Assembly (NCBI GenBank): GCA_010672965.1
Contig: JAAHFN010000034.1
Span: 64,001 to 80,659, forward strand
Length of the DNA stretch: 16,659 bases
Source: Oscillatoria sp. SIO1A7
GTDB taxonomy: Bacteria > Cyanobacteriota > Cyanobacteriia > Cyanobacteriales > Laspinemataceae
Reading direction: 5' to 3'
Shown here one piece after another: positions 1 to 7,959 of the stretch. A program made the translations under genes and the position numbers. How positions within the stretch are numbered: the stretch's first letter is position 1; each line of letters opens with the position of its first letter. Below the pieces are notes generated by a model. It saw only the letters and a program-made list of their open reading frames with translations, had not been told where the DNA came from and searched no databases.

Positions 1-2300
1 TCCGGGAGAGGATGACCGTATCCGACTCCGACTCCCTAACCCCGGCTTCTTTGGTGAATCCCAAACCATTGGTAGCGGCAATAAAAGAATTCTTTGGCTC
101 TTCTCAGCTATCGCAGTTCATGGACCAAACCAACCCCCTAGCAGAGCTAACCCACAAGCGGCGCTTGTCTGCATTGGGGCCAGGAGGATTGACGAGGGAA
201 CGAGCGGGGTTTGCAGTGCGAGACATACACCCCTCGCACTATGGCCGGATTTGCCCGATAGAAACGCCAGAAGGACCAAACGCAGGGTTGATTGGCTCTC
301 TGGCAACTCACGCTCGGGTGAACAACTACGGTTTTATAGAAACCCCCTATTACCCGGTGGAAAACGGGCGGGTAATGTTCGAGACCGAGCCCAAGTTTCT
401 CAGTGCCGACGAGGAGGACGACCTGCGGGTGGCTCCTGGGGACGTTTCTTATGACGAAAACGGTTACATTTTGGGGGAAACGGTGCCGGTGCGCTATCGC
501 CAGGATTTCACGACCACGACCCCAAATCAGGTGGACTATGTGGCGGTCTCCCCGGTGCAAATCATTTCTGTGGCCACTTCGCTGATTCCGTTTTTGGAAC
601 ACGACGATGCGAACCGGGCGCTGATGGGCAGTAACATGCAGCGGCAGGCGGTGCCCCTATTGAAGCCGGAGCGTCCTTTGGTGGGGACGGGTCTGGAGGC
701 CCAAGCGGCGCGGGATTCCGGGATGACTGTTGTTTCGCGGGTGGATGGGGAGGTTACTTTTGTAGATGCGACCAGAATCCGGGTGAAGAGTACCGGCGGG
801 GAGGAAATCGAGTATAAGTTGCAGAAGTATCACCGCTCGAACCAGGATACTTGTCTGAACCAGCGGCCGATTGTGTTTGAGGGGGACGAGATAGTAGTAG
901 GTCAAGTGCTGGCGGATGGTTCTGCGACGGAAGGGGGCGAGCTGGCGTTGGGGCAAAACGTGCTGGTGGCCTATATGCCTTGGGAGGGCTACAACTACGA
1001 GGACGCGATTTTGATTAGCGAGCGTCTGGTGATAGATGACGTTTATACCTCCATCCATATAGAAAAGTTTGAAATCGAAGCTCGCCAAACCAAGCTCGGC
1101 CCGGAGGAGATTACGCGAGAAATTCCTAATGTAGGGGAAGATGCCCTGCGCCAGTTGGACGAGACGGGGATTATTCGCATTGGAGCTTGGGTGGAGTCGG
1201 GAGACATTTTGGTGGGCAAGGTGACGCCGAAAGGGGAGTCGGACCAACCTCCCGAGGAGAAGCTGCTGCGGGCGATTTTCGGGGAGAAGGCTCGGGACGT
1301 GCGCGATAATTCCCTGCGGGTGCCCAATGGGGAGAAGGGTCGGGTGGTTGACGTGCGCGTGTTTACCCGAGAGAAGGGAGACGAGCTGCCCCCGGGAGCG
1401 AATATGGTGGTGCGGGTCTATGTGGCGCAGAAGCGGAAGGTCCAGGTGGGGGATAAGGTGGCCGGCCGTCATGGGAATAAGGGGATTATTTCCCGGATTT
1501 TGGCTCGGGAAGATATGCCCTATTTGCCCGATGGAACTCCGGTGGATATCGTGCTGAATCCTTTGGGGGTGCCTTCCCGGATGAATGTGGGGCAAATTTT
1601 TGAGTGCTTGCTCGGCTGGGCTGGGGAGCAACTCAATACGCGGTTTAAGGTGGTGCCTTTTGACGAGATGCATTCTCCGGAGATGTCTCGGCAGACGGTT
1701 CACGGGAAGTTGATTGAGGCGGGGCATAAGAAGAATAAGCCCTGGCTGTTCGACCCCTCCTATGCTGGCAAGACTTATGTCTATGACGGCCGTACTGGGG
1801 AGCCTTTCGATCGCCCGGTTACGGTGGGCAAGGCTTATATGCTGAAGCTGGTTCACCTGGTGGATGATAAAATCCACGCCCGCTCTACCGGCCCTTATTC
1901 TTTGGTTACGCAGCAGCCTTTGGGTGGCAAGGCACAACAGGGGGGGCAGCGCTTTGGAGAGATGGAGGTTTGGGCGCTGGAAGCTTTTGGTGCCTCCTAC
2001 ACCCTGCAAGAGTTGCTTACGGTTAAGTCGGACGATATGCAGGGTCGCAACGAAGCTTTGAATGCGATCGTTAAAGGCAAAGCGATTCCCCGTCCGGGAA
2101 CTCCAGAATCGTTCAAGGTGCTGGTGCGGGAGCTGCAGTCCCTGTGTTTGGATGTATCCGTCTATAAACTGCAGGAAACGGAGGACGGCTCTATCGGCGT
2201 TGAAGTGGATTTAATGTCAGAACGGGCAAACGCTCGCACCCCCTCTCGCCCAACTTATCAGTCCATTTCCTCCAGAAACGAGTCTTTTGAAGAGGAATAA
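1..2300 (+). CDS. rpoB: DNA-directed RNA polymerase beta subunit, C-terminal ~760 aa. The gene starts upstream of the window; the frame is open from base 3
   Basis: Translation contains RpoB hallmark blocks: [34 protein letters not shown], the rif-cluster region [19 protein letters not shown], and NMQRQAVPL...[12 protein letters not shown]. The ORF is 2.3 kb and uninterrupted. Stop at 2298-2300. Confidence 0.95.
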   Translation, partial: RERMTVSDSDSLTPASLVNPKPLVAAIKEFFGSSQLSQFMDQTNPLAELTHKRRLSALGPGGLTRERAGFAVRDIHPSHYGRICPIETPEGPNAGLIGSLATHARVNNYGFIETPYYPVENGRVMFETEPKFLSADEEDDLRVAPGDVSYDENGYILGETVPVRYRQDFTTTTPNQVDYVAVSPVQIISVATSLIPFLEHDDANRALMGSNMQRQAVPLLKPERPLVGTGLEAQAARDSGMTVVSRVDGEVTFVDATRIRVKSTGGEEIEYKLQKYHRSNQDTCLNQRPIVFEGDEIVVGQVLADGSATEGGELALGQNVLVAYMPWEGYNYEDAILISERLVIDDVYTSIHIEKFEIEARQTKLGPEEITREIPNVGEDALRQLDETGIIRIGAWVESGDILVGKVTPKGESDQPPEEKLLRAIFGEKARDVRDNSLRVPNGEKGRVVDVRVFTREKGDELPPGANMVVRVYVAQKRKVQVGDKVAGRHGNKGIISRILAREDMPYLPDGTPVDIVLNPLGVPSRMNVGQIFECLLGWAGEQLNTRFKVVPFDEMHSPEMSRQTVHGKLIEAGHKKNKPWLFDPSYAGKTYVYDGRTGEPFDRPVTVGKAYMLKLVHLVDDKIHARSTGPYSLVTQQPLGGKAQQGGQRFGEMEVWALEAFGASYTLQELLTVKSDDMQGRNEALNAIVKGKAIPRPGTPESFKVLVRELQSLCLDVSVYKLQETEDGSIGVEVDLMSERANARTPSRPTYQSISSRNESFEEE

Positions 2301-2304
2301 GTGT

Positions 2305-2432
2305 AAGTTAAAAGTCAAAAGTTAAAAGTTAAAAGTTAAAAGGGAGTTGGTATTTTTAAGTTTTCGCTTTTAACTCACTGTTAGCTATCGCTCTTAACTT
2401 TTGACTTTTAACTTTTAACTTTTGACTTTTTT
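2305..2432. repeat. Large imperfect palindrome in the rpoB-rpoC1 spacer, built from AAAAGTT/AAAAGTC heptamer tandem repeats. Left arm ~2305-2342, right arm ~2393-2432
   Basis: Left arm aagttaaaagtcaaaagttaaaagttaaaagttaaaag is near-perfectly complementary to right arm cttaacttttgacttttaacttttaacttttgactttt. The same heptamer recurs at 7935-7959 and 11547-11680. Confidence 0.8.
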
Positions 2433-2462
2433 GGTCGCAATTATCATTTAAGAAAAAACATA

Positions 2463-4502
2463 ATGGCAAAAGTCGAGCAGCGCTTTGATTATGTAAAGAT
2501 TGGGATTGCCTCCCCGGAGCGAATTCGCAAGTGGGGGGAGAGAATACTTCCCAACGGACAGATGGTGGGGGAGGTTCTCAAGCCCGAGACGATAAACTAT
2601 CGCACCCTCAAGCCAGAGATGGACGGTTTGTTTTGCGAGCGCATTTTCGGTCCGGCGAAGGATTGGGAATGCCATTGCGGCAAGTACAAGAGGGTTCGCC
2701 ATCGCGGTATTGTCTGCGAAAGGTGCGGGGTGGAGGTGACCGAATCTCGGGTGCGCCGCCATCGCATGGGATACATTAAATTGGCGGCTCCGGTTGCCCA
2801 CGTCTGGTATCTGAAGGGGATTCCCAGTTATATTTCGATATTGCTGGATATGCCCCTGCGCGATGTGGAGCAAGTGGTTTATTTTAATGCTTACGTCGTT
2901 CTCAGCCAAGAAAATCCGAAGGGTCTTTCCTATAAGCAGCTTTTGACGGAGGATGCTTGGATGGAGATTGAGGATAAGATTTACGGAGACGACCCGGAGT
3001 ATGAGAAGGTGGAGGTGGGTATTGGCGCGGAAGCCCTGCAACGGTTGCTGCAAGACCTTCAGTTACCAGAGATTGCGGAGGAAATCCGGGAGGATATTGC
3101 TAATTCTAAGGGGCAAAAGCGCGCTAAGCTGATTAAGCGGCTGCGGGTTATCGATAATTTCATTGGCACGGAGAGTCTGCCGGAATGGATGGTGCTGTCG
3201 GTGGTTCCGGTGATTCCTCCAGACCTGCGCCCTATGGTGCAGTTGGATGGCGGTCGCTTTGCTACTTCGGATTTAAACGACCTCTATCGCCGGGTGATTA
3301 ATCGCAATAATCGCTTGGCTCGCTTGCAGGAGATTTTGGCACCGGAGATTATTATTCGCAATGAGAAGCGGATGTTGCAAGAGGCGGTGGATGCTCTGAT
3401 TGATAACGGACGGCGGGGGCGGACTGTGGTGGGGGCTAATAACCGACCTCTTAAGTCTTTGTCGGATATTATTGAGGGCAAGCAAGGTCGCTTTCGCCAG
3501 AATTTGTTGGGCAAGCGGGTGGATTATTCGGGGCGATCGGTTATTGTGGTCGGCCCTTCTTTGGAGATGCACCAGTGCGGTTTGCCCAGGGAGATGGCGA
3601 TCGAGCTATTCCAGCCTTTTGTGATTCACAAGTTAATCCGCCAGAATTTGGTGAACAATATTAAGGCCGCCAAAAAACTGATTCAGCGCAACGACCCCAA
3701 TGTTTGGGACGTATTGGAGGAGGTGATTGAGGGGCACCCGGTGATGCTGAACCGCGCTCCCACTTTGCACCGTTTGGGGATTCAAGCTTTTGAGCCGATT
3801 TTGGTGGACGGTAGGGCTATTCAGCTCCATCCTTTGGTTTGTCCCGCTTTTAATGCGGACTTTGATGGAGACCAAATGGCGGTACACGTTCCCCTTTCTT
3901 TGGAGTCTCAAGCGGAGGCGAGGATGCTGATGTTGGCCTCCAATAATGTGATGTCTCCTGCCACGGGCACTCCGATTATTACTCCTTCTCAGGATATGGT
4001 TTTGGGTTGCTATTATTTGACGGCGGAAAATCCTCTGGAACAGGAGGGAGCCGGTCGCTATTTTGCTGGCTTTGACGATGCGGTTGTTGCTTACCAGCAA
4101 AAGGAAATTGGCTTGCACTCTTATGTTTGGGTGCGCTTGGATGTTAATAGTAAGGTGGAGACGGACAATCCCGAGGAGCCCCCAGAGGAGACGGTGCTTT
4201 CTGATGGCAGCCGGATGTTGGTTTATTGGGCGAGAAGCTCTAGCGCCGTTCGTCCCGATGCTTTTTTTCAAGATGAGAAAGATAAGCCGGAGATTGTGTC
4301 CGCTCCCGATGGTTCTAGAGTTAAGCGCTATAGCCTTTATCGGATTCACGAAGATGCTGAAGGACAGATGAGCGCGCTGTTTATGAAGTCGCGCCAAACC
4401 CGCTGCCTTCCTAGTGGCGAGGTTGTTTCTCAGTACGTTCTGACTACTGTCGGTCGGATTATTTTTAATATGGCGATCGATGAGGCTTTGGAGTTGGCGT
4501 AA
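2463..4502 (+). CDS. rpoC1: DNA-directed RNA polymerase gamma subunit, the N-terminal half of the split beta-prime
   Basis: Zn-finger [20 protein letters not shown] and the catalytic [16 protein letters not shown] motif are present. The gene ends at ~680 aa instead of continuing to a full-length ~1400-aa beta-prime, which is the cyanobacterial/plastid split arrangement. ATG at 2463, preceded by an A-rich leader. Confidence 0.95.
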   Translation: MAKVEQRFDYVKIGIASPERIRKWGERILPNGQMVGEVLKPETINYRTLKPEMDGLFCERIFGPAKDWECHCGKYKRVRHRGIVCERCGVEVTESRVRRHRMGYIKLAAPVAHVWYLKGIPSYISILLDMPLRDVEQVVYFNAYVVLSQENPKGLSYKQLLTEDAWMEIEDKIYGDDPEYEKVEVGIGAEALQRLLQDLQLPEIAEEIREDIANSKGQKRAKLIKRLRVIDNFIGTESLPEWMVLSVVPVIPPDLRPMVQLDGGRFATSDLNDLYRRVINRNNRLARLQEILAPEIIIRNEKRMLQEAVDALIDNGRRGRTVVGANNRPLKSLSDIIEGKQGRFRQNLLGKRVDYSGRSVIVVGPSLEMHQCGLPREMAIELFQPFVIHKLIRQNLVNNIKAAKKLIQRNDPNVWDVLEEVIEGHPVMLNRAPTLHRLGIQAFEPILVDGRAIQLHPLVCPAFNADFDGDQMAVHVPLSLESQAEARMLMLASNNVMSPATGTPIITPSQDMVLGCYYLTAENPLEQEGAGRYFAGFDDAVVAYQQKEIGLHSYVWVRLDVNSKVETDNPEEPPEETVLSDGSRMLVYWARSSSAVRPDAFFQDEKDKPEIVSAPDGSRVKRYSLYRIHEDAEGQMSALFMKSRQTRCLPSGEVVSQYVLTTVGRIIFNMAIDEALELA

Positions 4503-4517
4503 TCTAGTTAAAACATT

Positions 4518-4543
4518 GGGTTCTGCTGAAACCCGGTTTTTTT
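4518..4543 (+). terminator. Putative intrinsic terminator 16 nt after the rpoC1 stop
   Basis: gggtt-ctgctga-aaccc is a 5-bp stem with a 7-nt loop. It is followed by gg ttttttt (T7). Confidence 0.4.
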
Positions 4544-4564
4544 GACAATACCTTCGCCATTTTA

Positions 4565-4671
4565 TCGTAGGGAGCGGTTGAACGAAGTGTTGGCATAGCC
4601 AACTCGTGCGAGTAACCCAACGTCAAACCAACGTATTTGCGTTTGTTTCGTGCCTCAACCGCTCCCTACGA
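4565..4671. repeat. 17-bp perfect inverted repeat (tcgtagggagcggttga / tcaaccgctccctacga) enclosing ~73 bp
   Basis: Arms at 4565-4581 and 4655-4671 are exact reverse complements. The interior is non-coding. Confidence 0.7.
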
Positions 4672-4844
4672 GATCGCTCCAGAAACCCAGAAAACCAGAA
4701 ACCCGGTTCTTTGTAACGAGCGTTTCTCACCAACAAGTTAGTTTCTTCTACAAAACCTGCAAGATGGGTATTACAAAGGAGTTTGCGATTCTGGCTCCAG
4801 TTCCCTCAGTCCACCTTGCTTCTGCAATGGAAACTTGCGATCGG

Positions 4845-4940
4845 CGAAGCGCACCTATCCGCGAAGCGCACCTATCCGCGAAGCGCACCTATCCGCGAAG
4901 CGCACCTATCCGCGAAGCGCACCTATCCGCGAAGCGCACC
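4845..4940 (+). repeat. Tandem array of a 17-bp unit (cgaagcgcacctatccg), ~5.7 copies
   Basis: Exact repeats at 4845-4861, 4862-4878, 4879-4895, 4896-4912 and 4913-4929, plus a partial sixth. The array is absent from the paralogous copy at 7339-7706. There are no spacers, so it is not CRISPR. Confidence 0.9.
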
Positions 4941-5052
4941 TATCGCAAGGGTCAGGTAGCTTTTGGCAGCAGTGCTTGGGAGTTATTTCGTCAAGTGGAG
5001 CAGATGAAAAAGAGCGATTTAGTTGAGGTTTTCATCTACCCTTCCCTGGTCG

Positions 5053-5167
5053 GTTATGGCGGGAGCATTTCAATTTCGTATCTAGCCGCCTAACGCCTAA
5101 AGGCGCGGCTACACAAACAAAGCCCTCCGGGCTGTCCCGTTACAAAAGTGAAATGCTCCCGTTATGG
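5053..5167. mobile_element. MITE-like insertion: 101-bp element (5060-5160) with 12-bp perfect TIRs gggagcatttca / tgaaatgctccc, flanked by the 7-bp direct repeat gttatgg (5053-5059 and 5161-5167)
   Basis: The paralogous copy at 7548-7560 reads ggtcg-attctgg-caaacc with no insertion, an empty-site comparison. The interior has short palindromes (agccgc..gcggct, agccc-tcc-gggct) and no ORF. Confidence 0.8.
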
Positions 5168-5402
5168 CAAACCTATAGAGATGAAAGCTAGCTGGCACGG
5201 GTAGGTATGCCGGAGACAAGGGATTTCGTCCCCAATCCGCACAAGAGCGAGAAACCTTGGGCTATATTTTGGGATGCGAACTAACAGTTTGTCAAAGACG
5301 ATAAAGGAAAGACAAGCCACGCATTGGGAGAGGCTTAGCGCATAGCGGGCAACGATCGCGATCGTAACGAACAATATAACAATTGAACGGCGATGCCACC
5401 CT

Positions 5403-5603
5403 TTACAATTCATAGTCAGACTGGGCGATCGCATTAACAATTGCTTGGCGGCACCAGGCAGACTGGCTTATCCCTTGCTGTTGGGATAGAAAGATAACCG
5501 CTTCTTTTTCCTTTGGAAGCAGTTTAACGCTTTGGTGTTGTTTTTTCTCTCCGTCATCGGGTACAAACCATGTTTTTTTTCCGTTGGCTCCTCTTGGATC
5601 CAT
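5403..5603 (-). CDS. Ribbon-helix-helix (CopG/ParD-like) DNA-binding protein, 66 aa
   Basis: The segment SVKLLPKEKEAVIFLSQQQGISQSAWCRQAIVNAI fits the RHH beta-strand/helix/helix pattern: polar residues alternating in the strand, G-x-S/T at the helix-helix turn, and a basic residue at the N-cap. ATG at 5603. No partner toxin ORF lies downstream. Confidence 0.55.
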   Translation of the reverse strand: MDPRGANGKKTWFVPDDGEKKQHQSVKLLPKEKEAVIFLSQQQGISQSAWCRQAIVNAIAQSDYEL

Positions 5604-5649
5604 CGTCTAAGCTCCAAATCGATTAACGCTTCATCAATTTTACATTAAT

Positions 5650-5669
5650 TTGCCGGGTGTTTGCGGCAA
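5650..5669. promoter_or_regulatory. Palindrome ttgccg-N8-cggcaa, ~50 nt upstream of the RHH gene start; a candidate operator
   Basis: 6-bp perfect inverted repeat at 5650-5655 and 5664-5669 in the spacer between the phosphoesterase stop and the RHH start. Confidence 0.25.
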
Positions 5670-5809
5670 ACTCATGTATAAATTTAAAACTTATGTCACA
5701 AATAAAACTGGTCAATTTATACCAGATTTGGTATCAGACATAGAAAAGCGATGGGAGCAAGCCATTGCCAGCCTGTGTCCGGCATAAAGCCTGTGCTTCC
5801 AGTTCCCGA

Positions 5810-6709
5810 CTAATTCGCACCACCAAAAGGAGCGCGATCGGCCAAAAACCACCAAGGTATCGCCGTTACGTCATTACGCCCCAGGTTCCCCAGACCGAAA
5901 TTGACTTCGATTGAGCGTAGCATGCTGTAATGGTTATAGGGTATGGTCACGGTCGTGCCGGCCTGCAGCATATCCCCGATCAGCAGGGTGTAAATGCCGT
6001 AGGGTTCTTCGTAGGGTAGGACCTCATCAAAGGTAATCACGATCGGGGTTTCCGGCGGAAATTTCGACACGGGGTCGTCGCCTAAGAACGCGCTCAGAAA
6101 CGCTGCGATGTTCTCGATTTTGAGGCGGTTGCGATCGTCGGGGTGTCCCGCTAGCTGTTTGGGCGTCAGGCTGTGCCCGTCGTCGATCAGGTTGGGCGTA
6201 TACCAACTGTAATTGGGTAGCTTGCCGTTGGCGAGATCCTGCTCGAACTCGGTGGCGTTGACGATGTTTGCCAGTCGTTCCGGGTTGGTAACAATATTGG
6301 GATACGAAAGAAAGGGAACGTGCTTGCGTGCGAAGTAGCCCTCGTCCGGCGGTATGGTACCGGGATACCCCTGCGCAGTTTCAGTCGTGTACCCGGCAGG
6401 CAGGTCTTGGGCGTAGCACCGCCAGGTAAGATTTTGGGCATCCAGCAGATCCACGATATTGGAGATCGGCACTGATGACTGCGGGTTATCGATCCATTGT
6501 ACATAACCCGGTTCATCGTTACATATACCAAAGGTGTCGCCGCCGATCGAGAGGACGTAGTTGGGCTGCGATGGATGGGTCACACCCATACTGCCGCTTA
6601 AAAAGACCCCCTTTGTGCGTAGTGCATTCATATAAGGATTGGCAAGCACGTTTGCGCGTGTCGCATTTTCCAGCATCACGATCGCGATGCGTTCAAAGGC
6701 AATACTCAT
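5810..6709 (-). CDS. Phosphoesterase family protein (PF04185-type, acid phosphatase / phospholipase C-like), 299 aa
   Basis: The N-terminal block IAIVMLEN...NPYMNALRTKGVFLSGSMGVTHPSQPNYVLSIGGDTFG matches the conserved VVVMEN....APY.N.LA..GA......THPSQPNY signature of this family. ATG at 6709, with GGAG 7 nt upstream on the minus strand. Confidence 0.75.
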   Translation of the reverse strand: MSIAFERIAIVMLENATRANVLANPYMNALRTKGVFLSGSMGVTHPSQPNYVLSIGGDTFGICNDEPGYVQWIDNPQSSVPISNIVDLLDAQNLTWRCYAQDLPAGYTTETAQGYPGTIPPDEGYFARKHVPFLSYPNIVTNPERLANIVNATEFEQDLANGKLPNYSWYTPNLIDDGHSLTPKQLAGHPDDRNRLKIENIAAFLSAFLGDDPVSKFPPETPIVITFDEVLPYEEPYGIYTLLIGDMLQAGTTVTIPYNHYSMLRSIEVNFGLGNLGRNDVTAIPWWFLADRAPFGGAN

Positions 6710-7141
6710 GAGTAGCTCCTGTTAAGTGGGTAGGCAAAATATATAAATTGGGTGCGGCTCTTTGAAAAGACGCTTATCCCAATATAATAAGGAGAAGCTC
6801 AATTTTGCCAAAATACAGCAATCATTTTTCATTTAATTGAAATCAAACACAATTCGGGTGTTAACTAAACTAATTAGGGCTTGCTGTATTAATCTAAAAC
6901 CCAAGCGTAGTAAGGATTTTGGGCTTTTTAACAGCCGTAAAAATGCAAGGATTTTGGGCGATCGCGTGGCCTTAATCCTTGCAATATCTCAATTAAAGGA
7001 CCCTTTGAGGCGATTCCGGGGACTTTCGCCACTATTTTCCAGGCTTATGGCCTCAGAACTGCCTCAATGCGAATTATTCAGTAAGCCCTAATTATTTTAC
7101 AAAAAATAAAGTTAGATTTCCGCTCTCTGCGTAAGTTCTAT

Positions 7142-7203
7142 ATTCAAAACAACTACCTTGACAGGCTACCAGCTAGTAGCCTGTCAAGGTAGTTGTTTTG
7201 AAT
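7142..7203. repeat. Perfect 28-bp inverted repeat with a 6-nt loop (attcaaaacaactaccttgacaggctac / cagcta / gtagcctgtcaaggtagttgttttgaat)
   Basis: Arms at 7142-7169 and 7176-7203 are exact reverse complements. It lies in AT-rich non-coding DNA between the phosphoesterase promoter region and element copy B. Confidence 0.85.
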
Positions 7204-7338
7204 AATTTTGCGATTTCCCCCAAGCTGCTTAATCCCCGATGCCCTTCGGCTCTTCGGCTCTTCGGCCCATTTTGGTAAAAAGCGATTGATTTTGCCACCC
7301 AGCTTGTAACATGGTGGCAGTAGTTTTTAGTTAATTTA

Positions 7339-7706
7339 TTCTACAAAACCTGCAAGATGAGTATTACAAAGGAGTTTGCGATTCTGGCTCCAGTTCCCTC
7401 AGTCCACCTTGCTTCTGCAATGGAAACTTGCGATCGCGAGGGCCAAGTAGCTTTTGGCAGCAATGCTTGGGAGTTATTTCGTCAAGTGGAGCAGATGAAA
7501 AAGAGCTATTTAGTTGAAGTTTTCATCTACCCTTCCCTGGTCGATTCTGGCAAACCTATAGATATGAAAGCCAGTTGGCACGGTCTCTATCTCGATCATG
7601 TCCCCTCTCGCCGGGGTAGGTATCCCGGAGACAAGCGATTTCGTCCCGAATCCACTCTCAGCGAGAAACCAACTTGGGCTATATTTTGGGATGTCTGCGA
7701 ACTAAC
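7339..7706 (+). repeat. Copy B (intact) of the ~360-bp dispersed element
   Basis: See copy A. Direct orientation, 2.6 kb apart. The pair brackets the RHH and phosphoesterase genes. Confidence 0.85.
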
Positions 7707-7824
7707 GGAACTTTCCGAGGAGGAGCATATACCCCTATCAAAATTTCGGGGGACGGATAAAAAATCCGATTATGCCCTGCGCACTGCTCCCAATAGCCCA
7801 ATTATAGTCCAGTATCCCTTCTAA
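7357..7824 (+). CDS. Hypothetical 155-aa ORF carried by element copy B; unknown function, may not be a real gene
   Basis: Intact ORF MSITKEFAILAPVPSVHLASAMETCDREGQVAFGSNAWELFRQ... The matching frame in copy A is broken. Of the four nucleotide differences between copies in the shared 5' part, three are non-synonymous, so purifying selection is not evident. Confidence 0.3.
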   Translation: MSITKEFAILAPVPSVHLASAMETCDREGQVAFGSNAWELFRQVEQMKKSYLVEVFIYPSLVDSGKPIDMKASWHGLYLDHVPSRRGRYPGDKRFRPESTLSEKPTWAIFWDVCELTELSEEEHIPLSKFRGTDKKSDYALRTAPNSPIIVQYPF

Positions 7825-7934
7825 TAAAGTAAGCTATTAGCTGTCACTGCTCGGCGGTCAGCTAAAGTCCTGCCATACGCACGCACGAGCGTTTTGAAAC
7901 AGTCCGTTCTTTTAATCGGTAGTGCTATATTTCA

Positions 7935-7959
7935 AAACTTAAAACTTAAAACTTAAAAT
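7935..7959. repeat. AAAACTT heptamer tandem repeat (~3.5 units), same family as the rpoB-rpoC1 palindrome
   Basis: aaaacttaaaacttaaaacttaaaa, overlapping the stop of the 296-aa minus-strand gene. Confidence 0.8.

Larger units (their letters stand above)
4746..5286 (+). repeat. Copy A of a ~360-bp dispersed element, damaged by an internal 17-bp tandem array and a MITE insertion
   Basis: Outside the two insertions it aligns at ~95% nt identity to 7339-7706. Shared text runs from ttctacaaaacctgcaagatg through gggctatattttgggatg..gcgaactaac. Confidence 0.85.

Noticed and set aside
657-2009. 450-aa minus-strand ORF, plus smaller ones at 118-306, 147-602 and 1043-1327
   Set aside because: All lie entirely antisense within rpoB. 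The translations are low-complexity and R/P/H-rich, typical of shadow ORFs opposite a GC-biased, highly expressed gene.
2448-4397. Minus-strand ORFs of 201 aa, 99 aa, 76 aa and 254 aa, and plus-strand ORFs at 2531-2779, 3400-3624 and 4063-4371
   Set aside because: They are antisense or out-of-frame overlaps of rpoC1, with no domain signal. rpoC1 fully explains the region.
4845-4940. Considered as a CRISPR array
   Set aside because: The units are directly abutting with no spacers, the unit is only 17 bp, and there are no cas genes nearby. It is a simple tandem repeat.
4650-5093. 147-aa ORF through element copy A, with a second overlapping ORF at 4835-5026
   Set aside because: It is the disrupted counterpart of the copy-B ORF. 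The reading frame runs through the 17-bp tandem array and terminates in the MITE insertion, so at best it is a pseudogene.
5162-5440. 92-aa minus-strand ORF downstream of the RHH gene; checked as a possible toxin partner
   Set aside because: It overlaps the degraded element copy A and is hydrophobic and low-complexity with no RelE/ParE/PIN-like features. Its TTG/ATG context is poor.
6837-7091. 84-aa plus-strand ORF in the AT-rich spacer
   Set aside because: It is AT-rich and low-complexity, and overlaps a hairpin (gcaaggatt/aatccttgc at 6945-6982) and the likely phosphoesterase promoter region. No coding signal.
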